Source: Candidatus Latescibacterota bacterium (GTDB lineage: Bacteria > Latescibacterota > UBA2968 > GCA-2709665). From it: DNA of 64,000 bases. Below are positions 54,601 to 63,657 of the stretch, in pieces. Every line of letters starts with the position of its first letter. Within the stretch, counting starts at the first letter, position 1. The stretch is from the NCBI GenBank assembly GCA_965205485.1, contig OZ242180.1, positions 1,152,001-1,216,000 of the forward strand, in the 5' to 3' direction. A model generated the notes under the pieces. It did not search any database, was not told where the DNA came from, and was given only the letters and a program-made list of their open reading frames with translations. The position numbers were made by a program, and so were the translations under genes.

Positions 54601-55962
54601 GACCCCGGTACGCGCGGCCAAATTCCACAGCTTGAGTGTGCCGCGGTTCGATCCGGAAGCCAGGGTGGCGCCGTCAGGTGAGAACGCCACTGAGTTCACA
54701 GCACCCGCATGTCCTTCCAGTGTGGCGACCCCGGTACGCGTGGCCACGTTCCACAGCTTGAGCGTGCCGTCGTCCGATCCGGAAGCCAGGATTGCACCGT
54801 CAGGTGAGAACGCCACTGAGTTGGCTCCGCGCGTATGCCCTTCAAGTGTGGCGATCTGTTCAGGGGAATCCCTCACAAGCTGGAACCGGTGGTTTGCTGT
54901 GTTTCCCCGGGTATCAACAGCAGTGATCGTCAAAGGTTGGGTGGGGTCCTCATGGAGACTATTGTCTTTGCGAGCATAGGTGCTGCCGCTGAAGTCGAAT
55001 TCTACAATGGCATTTTCTTCACCCTTAACGCCGACACAAGCGTATAAGTCCCACGAAGTATAAAGTAGGGACACTTGATGGACCCCGTCTGAATCCCCGA
55101 TTTCAACACTGATAGGGACTTTGGTAGATCCAGGAGGATACTTCAGCGGCGTTGTAACTGTGATGGTGGGTGGGGACGCCTGTTCAATCGGGATGTCGGC
55201 ATTGAAATAGGGATGCACAGCGAGGAATTCAGCGTGACAGGCAGAAAGCCGAGTCTGTCCCGGTCCCTGGGACATGACGTAATCAAAATTGCTGTTATCG
55301 TGCAGGAGACCGAACGCGTGTCCAATTTCGTGTCCAAAGAGAGCTACGTGGGAGCTCCGGAATTCGCCGGTTATGTACACGGCCCCGCCGGCTTTCCCGA
55401 CCCGTCGTGCCCTCCCTATCGACCACGGCTCTTCGTGCGGGCTAGCGCCAATCTTCCCCGAACTGTTATCGATTACGATGACATACACATTCGTTGCCAG
55501 GTCGAATGTTGGTGCAAGCTCTCCATCCACAAGCGATAACGTATTCCTGTAATAATGGCTATCGGGGTGTTGCCCATCCACCCGATGCACCAGCGGCTGG
55601 CCGTCGGAATCGGATTCGACCCGGAAGGTCCTGGCGCCGTAGCCGTGCGCCTCCATCTGCTCGGCATAGAAGGTCTGCACCCGCTTGATCTCCGTCTTCA
55701 TCGAATCGACCACCTCCTGTCGGTAGGTGCGGTCGTTGGGCAGGAAGTAGGCCATCCGCACAGTTCGCGGTTCGCCCACGTTAAGGTCGTCCGCACGCTT
55801 TGCCGCCGGAAGAGGGTGATCGCGCCACCACTGTTCGTGGTCGTCGAAGGCGGAGATATGCACGCTGTCAGGAAGGATCGACGACGCACCCACGGCGCCG
55901 GGCATCGAAACTACGAGAGCGAGCGACACATATTGGGCGAAATGACGAACAAGCGTTTTCAT
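51607..55962 (-). CDS. Secreted metzincin protease + WD40 propellers + Ig-like domain + C-terminal EF-hand/dockerin-like domain
   Basis: Signal peptide, HEIGHAFGLLH...YVMS, about 20 GH...SVAFSPDG...WD repeats, Big-1-like IVSGDGQRG...VKDQHGNP, PDFDGDGTVGFADFL. Confidence 0.9.
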   Translation of the reverse strand: MKTLVRHFAQYVSLALVVSMPGAVGASSILPDSVHISAFDDHEQWWRDHPLPAAKRADDLNVGEPRTVRMAYFLPNDRTYRQEVVDSMKTEIKRVQTFYAEQMEAHGYGARTFRVESDSDGQPLVHRVDGQHPDSHYYRNTLSLVDGELAPTFDLATNVYVIVIDNSSGKIGASPHEEPWSIGRARRVGKAGGAVYITGEFRSSHVALFGHEIGHAFGLLHDNSNFDYVMSQGPGQTRLSACHAEFLAVHPYFNADIPIEQASPPTITVTTPLKYPPGSTKVPISVEIGDSDGVHQVSLLYTSWDLYACVGVKGEENAIVEFDFSGSTYARKDNSLHEDPTQPLTITAVDTRGNTANHRFQLVRDSPEQIATLEGHTRGANSVAFSPDGAILASGSDDGTLKLWNVATRTGVATLEGHAGAVNSVAFSPDGATLASGSNRGTLKLWNLAARTGVATLEGHAGAVNSVAFSPDGATLASGSDDGTLKLWNVATIQEKHTLTGHTASVRSVAFSSDGNTLASASRDGTVRLWDAASRIEVVMLEGDTRGMTSVAFSPDGTMLAAGSRGSTIMLWDVASRVRIANLDYQCDGWQSVAFSPGGAILAGAAGNSAVYLWDVRARERIATLTGQTSSVLDAVFSSDGATLAAGSRDNTVNLWNTSRWTRPRPYALEIVSGDGQRGAPGSVLAQPLVVLVKDQHGNPLSNASVTFTVTGGDGRLSGRYTSQQAISDANGHAELTLTLGPRPGTYAVGVFVGSVEVATFRSEGVETGVASLEGDYTAWHLPYGAAARLGKGTMGITDRAVALSPDGRTLAVATSVGVWLYGATTSRAQALLPTGSAVHSVSFSPGGTLAAGLDNGRVELREVETGERIGTLWHADRGEVTVVFSPDGSRLASGSWDQVIRVWDVATRVQLATWEVVREGNGRRGSISFSPDGSRLVSGFDDGTVRLWDMATQAEVATLEGHKRAVTSVAYSPKGDRLASAGAYGDGTVILWDVTAQTQVATLDPPGVRYAESVVFSSDGSVLFTGLSPGSRGTILLWDVATGNRIGSIGGNEHVRGGVTSMAVSPDGVTLASASSQGILLRDLETESSVTLYGHVQINSMALSDDGNILATALANSQVDLWNTPTQSRIATLSWDASLATPHVLQSVAISPDGGILAAGSLYRLHLWDLETGREIATLKKHPGMIPSVAFSPGGALLATGGGGGKDRTIRLWDVATRAVVGMLEGHTDDVMSLSFSPNGSTLASGSRDNTARLWDVASRTEIATLAGHGSAVRAVSFSPDGSTLASGAEDHTIKLWEVGTRSLIGTMHNPGSVYSVAFSPDGETLVSGSRGSVQLWDVETRNQIATLDGHSSEVHSVAFSPDGRTLISGSRDGTMLLWDIARYLPPTIRNPDFDGDGTVGFADFLQFAAQFGTSQRDEGYDARFDLDGNGTIGFSDFLIFAGAFGKKSN

Positions 55963-56477
55963 GGTGTTTTCATCCTTTCAGAAATCGGTCATCCCGGCGT
56001 CGTGGCACGTGAATGCCAGCAGCGCAAGCGCGGCAAAACGTATAGCGACCTTCGATATCGTCACTATGCGAACCCTCCTGTTCGTAACTGCCGAACACGT
56101 CCTCCGACCCATCAAACCTGCTTGACGTACCGTCTGTCTGAAGTATTCCGTTTTATGAATCTGGACCTCTGCGTATTGAGGGGTCGAATCCGGCTTATCC
56201 GACGCAGAATCTCGACGAATCAGGGTTCTATCGTGCCGACGACTTGTCCTTTTGGGTCAACAACGCAAAGAGGTTCCCGGATGAACCCGGCGCCGCTGGT
56301 CAACTCATGCTCAGCGCTGGCGGGCGTACCCTCGATCCCGGTATGGCGGTTATTCCCGACGCCAATTGTCGCGCCCCGGTCCCAAATGTCCTCGGCGTCA
56401 TATTGTGGCACGGTTTTTTTTCATCATGGTGATGTCAGTTGGCGCTTATGACATTGCCCTCGATGGACGAATCACGG

Positions 56478-56885
56478 CTAATTCGACGTCGAACCTGAGC
56501 ACCGCTGGGACCGTTCCACCACACTCGCGAGCGTCACTCCGCCGGAACTGACGGCCACCTGGAAATCCCGTCCCGACTCGCACGTGCTCCTAAGGTCGCT
56601 GCTGAGATCGAGCTGTGCACAAGCGGCTCTGTACGCCGCGTTCAGGGCTTCCTGCTGGGTGGCGCCAGAGCCGGTACCCCGTCCGGTGCCAGACGGTGAA
56701 CTGAGGCTTCCCAATCTTGAGGGAACCAATGTCAGCGTCACTTCGCATTGAAATGAACTCAATCCAGTACCGTTGTCCTTTCCGCAGGCAAAGGCGAAGA
56801 ACAGGGCGAACACGCTGATCCCAAACAAAGCCTGAAACCCTGACGTTGACCCAATGCGCCCCATCTGACTTGTAAGACGATTCAT
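56478..56885 (-). CDS. Small Cys-containing lipoprotein
   Basis: FAFAC lipobox after a hydrophobic stretch; four further Cys. Confidence 0.6.
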   Translation of the reverse strand: MNRLTSQMGRIGSTSGFQALFGISVFALFFAFACGKDNGTGLSSFQCEVTLTLVPSRLGSLSSPSGTGRGTGSGATQQEALNAAYRAACAQLDLSSDLRSTCESGRDFQVAVSSGGVTLASVVERSQRCSGSTSN

Positions 56886-56923
56886 CCTGGACTCCTTGAT
56901 TTGGACCGGCGTGATACCTGATA

Positions 56924-57157
56924 TCATCGACGTGCTTCGGATCTAAGGGCATTCACGTCTACAAATATGAATACATCCGCGAATTCCGCCGTGCCGTTGC
57001 CATCGAGGTCGATCTTCGCATCGGTACCGCGGTACGCATCGGCAAAGAGGAAGATTTCCACGGAATCCGTCCTGCCGTCACCGTCGAAGTCTGAGGCTGC
57101 AGCTGTGTTTGGAGAGGGTGTGGTCCTTGCGGGCATTTTTTTTGAAATCACGTCCAA
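56924..57157 (-). pseudogene. Degenerate orphan EF-hand/dockerin-like fragment
   Basis: SDFDGDGRTDSVEIFLFADAY...KIDLDGNGTAEFADVFIF; no signal peptide or upstream domain. Confidence 0.7.
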
Positions 57158-57217
57158 CCGATCCGTGATCGTCCTAGTCGTCCTGTCGGACTAGATTCCG
57201 CGACCGGTTCTCCGTTG

Positions 57218-58009
57218 TCAAAACAGACAACCGCCAATTGTAAGGGCGCGAAAACCGTCCTTGCTATACATTTGATCTTCCGTGTAATTCAGACGGTAAC
57301 GTCTTTTCTCAGACGGTTTTAGAACGCTCTTCCGGCCTTCGAATTCTATCTGGCATTCGTCGCTGGTATCATTGTCCAATTCAATGCTGAATCGGCCAAG
57401 CAACGGTAGCAGAGCGTCTCCGTCTTTCATGGTAATCCGGGCGCTGCTGAATTCGTGGACCTCGTTCGCGAGGTTACGATGTATTTCTCTGTTTACGTAC
57501 ATTCTCAATATCATCGAGTCATCGCTCGTTTCGGCCGAGAATGAGAACAGTTCCAGATGTGGGATTACAAGAGTAACCGGCACCACGGCGCTAACCATCA
57601 TAACGCCGTATGAACCCACTCCCGAACCAGCTGACATCTGGTGTTTGGATATGAACTCATCCTTTCTCAACGTATATTCTTTCGTCTTATTGCCGTTTTC
57701 ATCGGTGATGGTTCGGCTTGTCAATGTTCCGCAATACTTCACTTCCGGCCTGTTGAAATATCTCCGCAAGACAGGGTTTAACTGATCTATGCTTTCCTGG
57801 CAGTTCTTTGCTTTCGAACTGCTTGGAACCAGGAACTCCGCCGGCAACAATATTCCGTCCTCGGATCGCCACACGGCTTTCAGACTCGTGATACGAATGA
57901 AGAAGTCCGCGTCGATACTTACACAGGCCGAAAACAACAACAGCACCAGGACACCAACGAAATCCGTTGCCCGCCGGCCGCTTTTGGCGATATCCAGGTT
58001 TGCCATCAT
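57218..58009 (-). CDS. Hypothetical exported protein (possible lipoprotein)
   Basis: 263-aa ORF with a VLVLLLFSAC segment; lower GC than the genome average. Confidence 0.6.
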   Translation of the reverse strand: MMANLDIAKSGRRATDFVGVLVLLLFSACVSIDADFFIRITSLKAVWRSEDGILLPAEFLVPSSSKAKNCQESIDQLNPVLRRYFNRPEVKYCGTLTSRTITDENGNKTKEYTLRKDEFISKHQMSAGSGVGSYGVMMVSAVVPVTLVIPHLELFSFSAETSDDSMILRMYVNREIHRNLANEVHEFSSARITMKDGDALLPLLGRFSIELDNDTSDECQIEFEGRKSVLKPSEKRRYRLNYTEDQMYSKDGFRALTIGGCLF

Positions 58010-58080
58010 GCCCTCCAGGTATAACGGTTTAATGTACCTTCCAGTTATTCCATCTGTACGATGGTCATGATCCCATGCGA

Positions 58081-59283
58081 TCAGGGCAGGCTGACAATCG
58101 TCCAGACGTTGCCGCTTCGGGTCAGATGCAGCCTGTTCAGTCGGACAGTGCCGCCGCTGAACCGCGTATTGCCCAACCGTATCCCTCCGATATTGCCGTC
58201 CACAACCAAAACGCTCGCGTCGTTACGAAGCGTGTATCCTGAACCCTGACATCCTTCTCCCGGTCTCATCGTCAACCCAACCGTGCACGTCTGGCTGGCG
58301 CCACCGCCACCGCCGGATCCCGTCACGGTCACATCGATCGTCCGTTCGGCACTCAAGCTGCCGGGGTCGGTCGCCGTGACGGTCACCGTCGCGTCCCCGG
58401 CCGACCTCGGCGTTATCTCCAATGTCGAATCCGTAACACTCACTGCCGCCACCGAGGTATCACTGGAAACCGCCGAATAAGTCAACGCGTCGCCGTCAGG
58501 ATCGCTGAAACCGTGAGACAGGTCCACCGATGCGGCCGCGCCGCCTGCTGCCAGGGTCTGTGCGGGGATGTCGGCGGCGGCCACAGGCGCTCCGTTCTCT
58601 CGCTCAACGATCTGAAACTCGCCACGCAGGGTCAGTGGCGCGGAACCCGCCTCGGTATAGGTGCTGACGAACGTGCCCGACGTCGTCGATGTGAACGTCA
58701 GTTGGATCACGACCTTCTCCCTTTCAGGGTCGTTTCCCGTCACATCGTAGGTGTACGTAACCGTCCCGGTATTCGGGCCGGTATTGACGTAACGGTAACT
58801 GCCCTCGTGGGCGACGCCATCCTCGATTTCCCGTATTCGTCCCGGGGACAGGAAGATCAGCCTGAGGCCGGTGGCGGGCGTAACCTGCCTGCCAACCGCG
58901 AAACGGTCGAAGGCATTCCGGTCCGCCGGCGCAAAGCCGGAAGGCGTCGATTCGACCGTCTTGCCAAAATCGGCGGCAAACGCGACAAAGTCCGGGAACC
59001 CGATAGCGCCATCGCCATCCAGGTCGAACCGGGCATCGAACCCTGCGTCGCCCTGTTGGGACCCGAACACGCTCGCGAATGCCAGGAAATCGGAGAATCC
59101 AACAGTCCCGTCACCGTCGAAGTCGGGAGACGGGACGCCAACGTCTCTCTGGTTACCCGCCCCCGCATCGACAATCAGATCAAGTGACAACACGGCGTTT
59201 GCATTCGAACCGGCGATCGCGTAGTCCAACGTTATCAGCACACCCAGGACGGCGATCCACTTTATGCCATTTCTCGTAAACAT
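58081..59283 (-). CDS. Secreted protein: dockerin-like + unknown + cadherin/Ig-like + C-terminal Cys module
   Basis: Start MFTRNGIKW with AGGAGG RBS; PDFDGDGTVGFSDFL; FSDPDGDALTY...VTATDPGSLSA; CTVGLTMRPGEGC...WTI. Confidence 0.82.
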   Translation of the reverse strand: MFTRNGIKWIAVLGVLITLDYAIAGSNANAVLSLDLIVDAGAGNQRDVGVPSPDFDGDGTVGFSDFLAFASVFGSQQGDAGFDARFDLDGDGAIGFPDFVAFAADFGKTVESTPSGFAPADRNAFDRFAVGRQVTPATGLRLIFLSPGRIREIEDGVAHEGSYRYVNTGPNTGTVTYTYDVTGNDPEREKVVIQLTFTSTTSGTFVSTYTEAGSAPLTLRGEFQIVERENGAPVAAADIPAQTLAAGGAAASVDLSHGFSDPDGDALTYSAVSSDTSVAAVSVTDSTLEITPRSAGDATVTVTATDPGSLSAERTIDVTVTGSGGGGGASQTCTVGLTMRPGEGCQGSGYTLRNDASVLVVDGNIGGIRLGNTRFSGGTVRLNRLHLTRSGNVWTIVSLP

Positions 59284-59466
59284 TGACGTATCCTCCTGTT
59301 GTTTAAGGACACCGGCGCCTTGCCACTGTCGCATCGTGCTGAAGTTTCGATTGAATGTGCAGCCATACCTGATACCTGATGGGCCATGCATTACTCACGG
59401 GGATCCGGGTCGCGGCGACTTCCGGGTCAGAGTATGGTCGGGCGAATAACAGGACTACATATAAAG

Positions 59467-59481
59467 GCAATATGTGTGCCA
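59467..59481 (-). promoter_or_regulatory. Sigma-54 (-24/-12) promoter
   Basis: Minus strand TGGCAC-ACATA-TTGC, an exact consensus match. Confidence 0.75.
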
Positions 59482-59508
59482 ATGTGTTTCCATGGCATTG
59501 AATGACTG

Positions 59509-59521
59509 TAAGACATTGATT
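59509..59521 (-). promoter_or_regulatory. IHF binding site
   Basis: Minus strand AATCAATGTCTTA matches WATCAANNNNTTR and lies between the sigma-54 site and the UAS palindromes. Confidence 0.6.
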
Positions 59522-59580
59522 TTATGTGGGATAAAAGTGTGGCAAGGTACAACAATAAAAAGGCCAGGCCGAATTGCAGG

Positions 59581-59668
59581 GACGATATATCGACCGACAA
59601 TTCAGCCTGGCTCGCTTATATTATTGAAAAACAGTTAGATACAACAGGGTCGATATATCGACCCTGTT
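59581..59668. promoter_or_regulatory. Two palindromic upstream activator (bEBP) sites
   Basis: GACGATATATCGAC at 59581 and the perfect 26-bp palindrome AACAGGGTCGATATATCGACCCTGTT at 59643-59668. Confidence 0.55.
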
Positions 59669-59766
59669 CCGGAATTTGGCCCCCTACGGTTGGGTAACGG
59701 ACTCCGTCATCCCTGCCGGCGACACAGGCCCCGTGGCCTGATCAGCCGGCAACACAGTTTTATACA

Positions 59767-59976
59767 GTGGAACGATGGGTAGAGGATGGGTTTACGATTC
59801 AGTGCCAGTACTCTGTGGACGGCGCGGACCTGACGCTCATCTTAGACAAGGAGCGATACCTCAACCTGATCCGGCAGTCCGAGGGTTCGGACGAGATTGA
59901 GCCGGAGATACAGGCGCTTCTGGATATTCTGTTCGGTGGCGACAATACGCTCAGGCTTTTCTACAGCGCTACATAG
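59767..59976 (+). pseudogene. Orphan 3' third of the lipocalin-like lipoprotein (third copy)
   Basis: EDGFTIQCQYSVDGADLTLILDKERYLNLIRQSEG...RLFY, nearly identical to the end of 50941-51483; 5' part absent. Confidence 0.85.
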
Positions 59977-60017
59977 TGGGTTGAATCCCTGCGCACGTCT
60001 CCCTTCCGAACCCCCCC

Positions 60018-60910
60018 TCAGTTCGCCGGAATGGTGTAATAAGGCGATGCATTGGGATCACGTGCCGTACTTCCTCCGATGACCAGTTCGAGTCCCGCAG
60101 CATGTTCGCGTGCCACGACGTTCGCGCATCTCGGTGTCCCGGGGTTTAGGGGTCATCGGGCCTCGAGGTAAGCGTACCTCGCTTCATTTCGTCGAGCGCG
60201 ACCCAGTCGCCGTCGAGCCACGCCCTTGGACGGCGGATGGCTGCGCTTCGAACCTGCCGGGCAAGACAGTGCCGTGCTCTCACTACAAAATCCTCCACGA
60301 ACATCCCGAAGCGCTTCATCTGTGCACGCCTGGCGAAGCGTAAAGTGCCCACGAAGCGCCTGCTTTCCGTCGCGAGATCGGTTACGTGCAGGGTGATCGC
60401 ACTGCCCCCGTTCATCTCCACCTCAGTAACTTCGAAGCGATATGTCGACTCTACGGTCCATCGATAGTCCAACCTGCACTTTACCCCCGTTCCTTCACCT
60501 CCGAAAGGCCCGCACACGACGTCGCTCGCCTTGTCGATGAGCTTCGCATCGCCAAATCCCGGAGCGTCCCAGACCGAGAGTTGAAGCTGTCGATCGAAAC
60601 GGTCTCCTCCCCGCTGCAGTCCCGTGTATCCTCCGTCCCACTGGATTGCTGCGTAAAAGGTACCCGTCGGTTCGGTCAGCGGCGTCATGTCGATCGAGTA
60701 ACCCGCGCTGGGGTGACTCCGGTTGTGGATCCAGATGGTGGCATCTCCTGCGGGAGGATTGGCGGGTGTCGTGGACAGCGTCGCCAGTTCTTTCGTTACG
60801 CGGGAGTTTTCGTCTTCCACGGTGATCGATAGTGTGCCCGCTCCCGGCCAGCCCGCCTCCCAGGTCGTCTGGAAACGCCCAAGGCTGCTTATGCACTTCC
60901 AGGAAACCAT
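60018..60910 (-). pseudogene. DUF3472-like protein, 5'-truncated and frameshifted near 60150
   Basis: TFYAAIQWDGGYTGLQ...LSVWD, FGGEGTG and FVEDF motifs. Adding one C at GACCCC(C)TAAAC extends the frame to TGA at 60018. Confidence 0.6.
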
Positions 60911-61167
60911 CGTCCGCGAGCTCCTTCATTGTCTCCGCAGGACGTTTCAGACCGATCCAATTACACCAAATAGGAAAACCGTACGTATCCAGCCGGCTTC
61001 ACGACAACAGGGGCCGGCTGGCCAGAGCCTGTGCCTGAACTATCGCAATTTTCGACAGTTGGCCGCGCTGTGTTGCCGCAATCCGCGACTTCAAAGAAGC
61101 ACTTTGCGACGCGATTGCGCGCACGGTTCCGGATTTCCCGTGCGTCTCGGCAACGGTTCTTCGAGAA

Positions 61168-61340
61168 TCAAGGCACAGCAGTGATTCGAAAATCATCACC
61201 GACACGGGTGCCCTGGAGTCCGTTCAGGTTGAAACTCGCGCTGCAAATCCTTCCCGATCCGAACGGCGTATAGTTGTAACAGCCGCCGCCGATACTTCTG
61301 AACGACCCTCCGCTGACGGTACAGCTCTGGTTGGGACGCG
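61168..61340 (-). pseudogene. Orphan alternative C-terminal Cys module
   Basis: RPNQSCTVSGGSF...FNLNGLQGTRVGDDFRITAVP* aligns by eye with the C-terminus of the 58081 protein. Confidence 0.55.
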
Positions 61341-61373
61341 AAGCTGGTGGACGCCGTCTGACGACCTCAGTCA

Positions 61374-63434
61374 TTAATCCGCTACGTGAATTGTCCAACT
61401 GTTGCTGCCACTGTTTTTCGTGGCGTGAAAGTTCCACCGTACGCCGTTTATGTTGGCGCCTCTGGCGTCTATACCGGTACCGGCGCTGAAGAACGCGATA
61501 GATCCCCTTCCGGAACTGGATACAGAGAAGGTATTGCCCTTGTAAGTGCAGGTTTCGCCAGGATTCACGACCAACCCGGCCCTGCAAGCGCCCAGGTTGG
61601 ACGTGCCGCCGTCGAATTCTACGGTAACGCCTCGGCGCTGAAGAGTTGGAATGTGCGTGTTGCGCGATGCATTGCTCAAGGGATTACTCTTCAGATTTAC
61701 TGTATCACCGGTACCCAGGCCCGTGTTTGCCACCAATGGCGAAACATCCGAGATGTCGTTGTCTTCCAGTCCCAGGATTTCCAGGTTGGTCAAGGTGGAC
61801 AACGCGGATATGCGAGAGATATCGTTCTGGTTAAGGTACAGGTATTTAATGCTGGTCAAGTTGGACAGTGCGGAGATGTCTGAAATGCTGTTGTTCCAAA
61901 GAACCAGATTCACGAGGTCGGTCAAGTTGGACAGTGCAGCAACATTCGAGATGCTGTTGTGTTCAAGACCCAGCCGTGTCAGTTTGGTCAAGTTGGACAA
62001 GGCGGATATATCAGAGATACTGTTGTAATCCAGAAACAGCCATGTCAGGTTGGTCAAGGTGGATAGCCCGGATAGATTCGTGATGCTGTTTTCGAAAAGA
62101 TCCAGATAGAAGAGTCCGGTCAAGTCGGATAACGCGGAAATATCCGAGATCCCATTCTGGCTGAGTCCCAGCCGCGCCAGGTTGGTCAGGGTGGATAGCC
62201 CGGATAGATTCGTGATGCTGTTCTCGTTAAGGAACAGGTCTGTCAAGCCGGTCAAGCCGGAGAGGTCGGATATATCCGAGATGCTGTTTCTGTAGAGATC
62301 CAGATATGCCAGGTTTGCCAAGCCGGAGACGGGCGAGAGGTCGGATATATCGTTGCTGTTGACCCACTTCCCCCCTTCTTCCGCCCGCACTCGACCAAGG
62401 TTCAGGCCCCGCAAACTGGTGGCATGTTCGAGACCCGCAAGGTTACGAATCCCCATATTGGGCGCGTCAATACGTCTCAAGGTCGCCACCTCGGCACGGG
62501 TAATCGGCGCATTGGGCGCTTTGCCCAGGCTATCCGCGATCACCGCACGCAGGTTGTCATCGGGAATGGTCACCGTCTCTCCGTCGCCGGAAGATGTCCC
62601 CCCGCCGCCGGAGGGCGGAACCTGACTTCCGAACGCGCCGGCGAAGATCAGAAAATCCGAAAAAGCAACGGATCCGTCGCCGTCCAGATCGAACCTCGCC
62701 TCATACCGCGCGCCGCCCCGGTTGGACCCGAAACTGCCGGCAAATGCCAGGAAATCCGGAAACCCCACAGTCCCATCGCCGTCGAAGTCGGGCGACGGCG
62801 CGGTGTTGAACGAGATCTCAATGCTCGTCCTGAGTACGTCGCTGGACGTTGAACTCTCGGCGAGTGTGACAGACGCGATGCCGATGGAAAACGCCCTTCC
62901 CGTTACGTCTGCAACCGTCTCGAACTCCGCGCGCGCCAGGAATCCCGAAGATGCCAGTGTCGCGGGCGAAGTGGAGGCGAGGGCTGCGCCGACGGATCCC
63001 TCGGGCAGCGAAAGGGCAAACGCGCTGTTTTCGGCTTTGACGAAAGACACGAGAGAGGCATCGAAGTCGAATCTGAGGATGACGCCGCGCAGAGTGGTCG
63101 TGACCCCCGTGGCGAAGACTTCAAGGGCGATGGTCGTGCCGCGTCCCGACACGTTGCCCGTCGTCACCCCGTCGTCCCTCCGGTTGCCCGCCCCGCCGTC
63201 AGCGATCAGGTCAAGCGACAAAACCGCATTCACATTGTTACCCAGGGCGATTTTCGCGGCGCGTTCCGACATCGTACGTTCGACGGCGTCTGCATCCCCG
63301 GCGGTAGCCAACTCACCGCCTTCAATCAGGTCAAGAGTCAAGATCCCGTCTTCGCTGGACACGACGAGAGCTGCACCTGTTATCACGGAGAAGCCGACAA
63401 CCGCAATCGACAACAGGCGAAATACAGGATTCAT
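61374..63434 (-). CDS. Secreted internalin-like LRR protein with cohesin-like, dockerin-like and C-terminal Cys modules
   Basis: Signal peptide, beta-sandwich LRGVILRFDFDASLVSF, PDFDGDGTVGFPDFL, IPDDNLRAVI LRR cap, ~11 22-aa LRRs, CRAGLVVNPGETC...WTI. Confidence 0.88.
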   Translation of the reverse strand: MNPVFRLLSIAVVGFSVITGAALVVSSEDGILTLDLIEGGELATAGDADAVERTMSERAAKIALGNNVNAVLSLDLIADGGAGNRRDDGVTTGNVSGRGTTIALEVFATGVTTTLRGVILRFDFDASLVSFVKAENSAFALSLPEGSVGAALASTSPATLASSGFLARAEFETVADVTGRAFSIGIASVTLAESSTSSDVLRTSIEISFNTAPSPDFDGDGTVGFPDFLAFAGSFGSNRGGARYEARFDLDGDGSVAFSDFLIFAGAFGSQVPPSGGGGTSSGDGETVTIPDDNLRAVIADSLGKAPNAPITRAEVATLRRIDAPNMGIRNLAGLEHATSLRGLNLGRVRAEEGGKWVNSNDISDLSPVSGLANLAYLDLYRNSISDISDLSGLTGLTDLFLNENSITNLSGLSTLTNLARLGLSQNGISDISALSDLTGLFYLDLFENSITNLSGLSTLTNLTWLFLDYNSISDISALSNLTKLTRLGLEHNSISNVAALSNLTDLVNLVLWNNSISDISALSNLTSIKYLYLNQNDISRISALSTLTNLEILGLEDNDISDVSPLVANTGLGTGDTVNLKSNPLSNASRNTHIPTLQRRGVTVEFDGGTSNLGACRAGLVVNPGETCTYKGNTFSVSSSGRGSIAFFSAGTGIDARGANINGVRWNFHATKNSGSNSWTIHVAD

Positions 63435-63657
63435 TGCAAGTCCTCCCTTGTATCCGTTTGGATAATTGGCCTGTGGCGCGGTCAGCCGTCAAAACAGGCC
63501 CTTACTGCACGCCAAAAAATACTGCCGATGCCCGTCCCAGTCGAGACGTTCTTGCGTAACCGCCAGACATCGGGATTCGTCGCGGAACCACCCATCTTCA
63601 GGTTCTGCACGGAAGATTCGCCAACGACCACCGGCATTACGTCGTCAGGTTCAACGA

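Noticed and set aside
55990..56450. Small ORFs upstream of the WD40 protease
   Set aside because: They are short, overlapping and motif-free; none can be supported as a gene.
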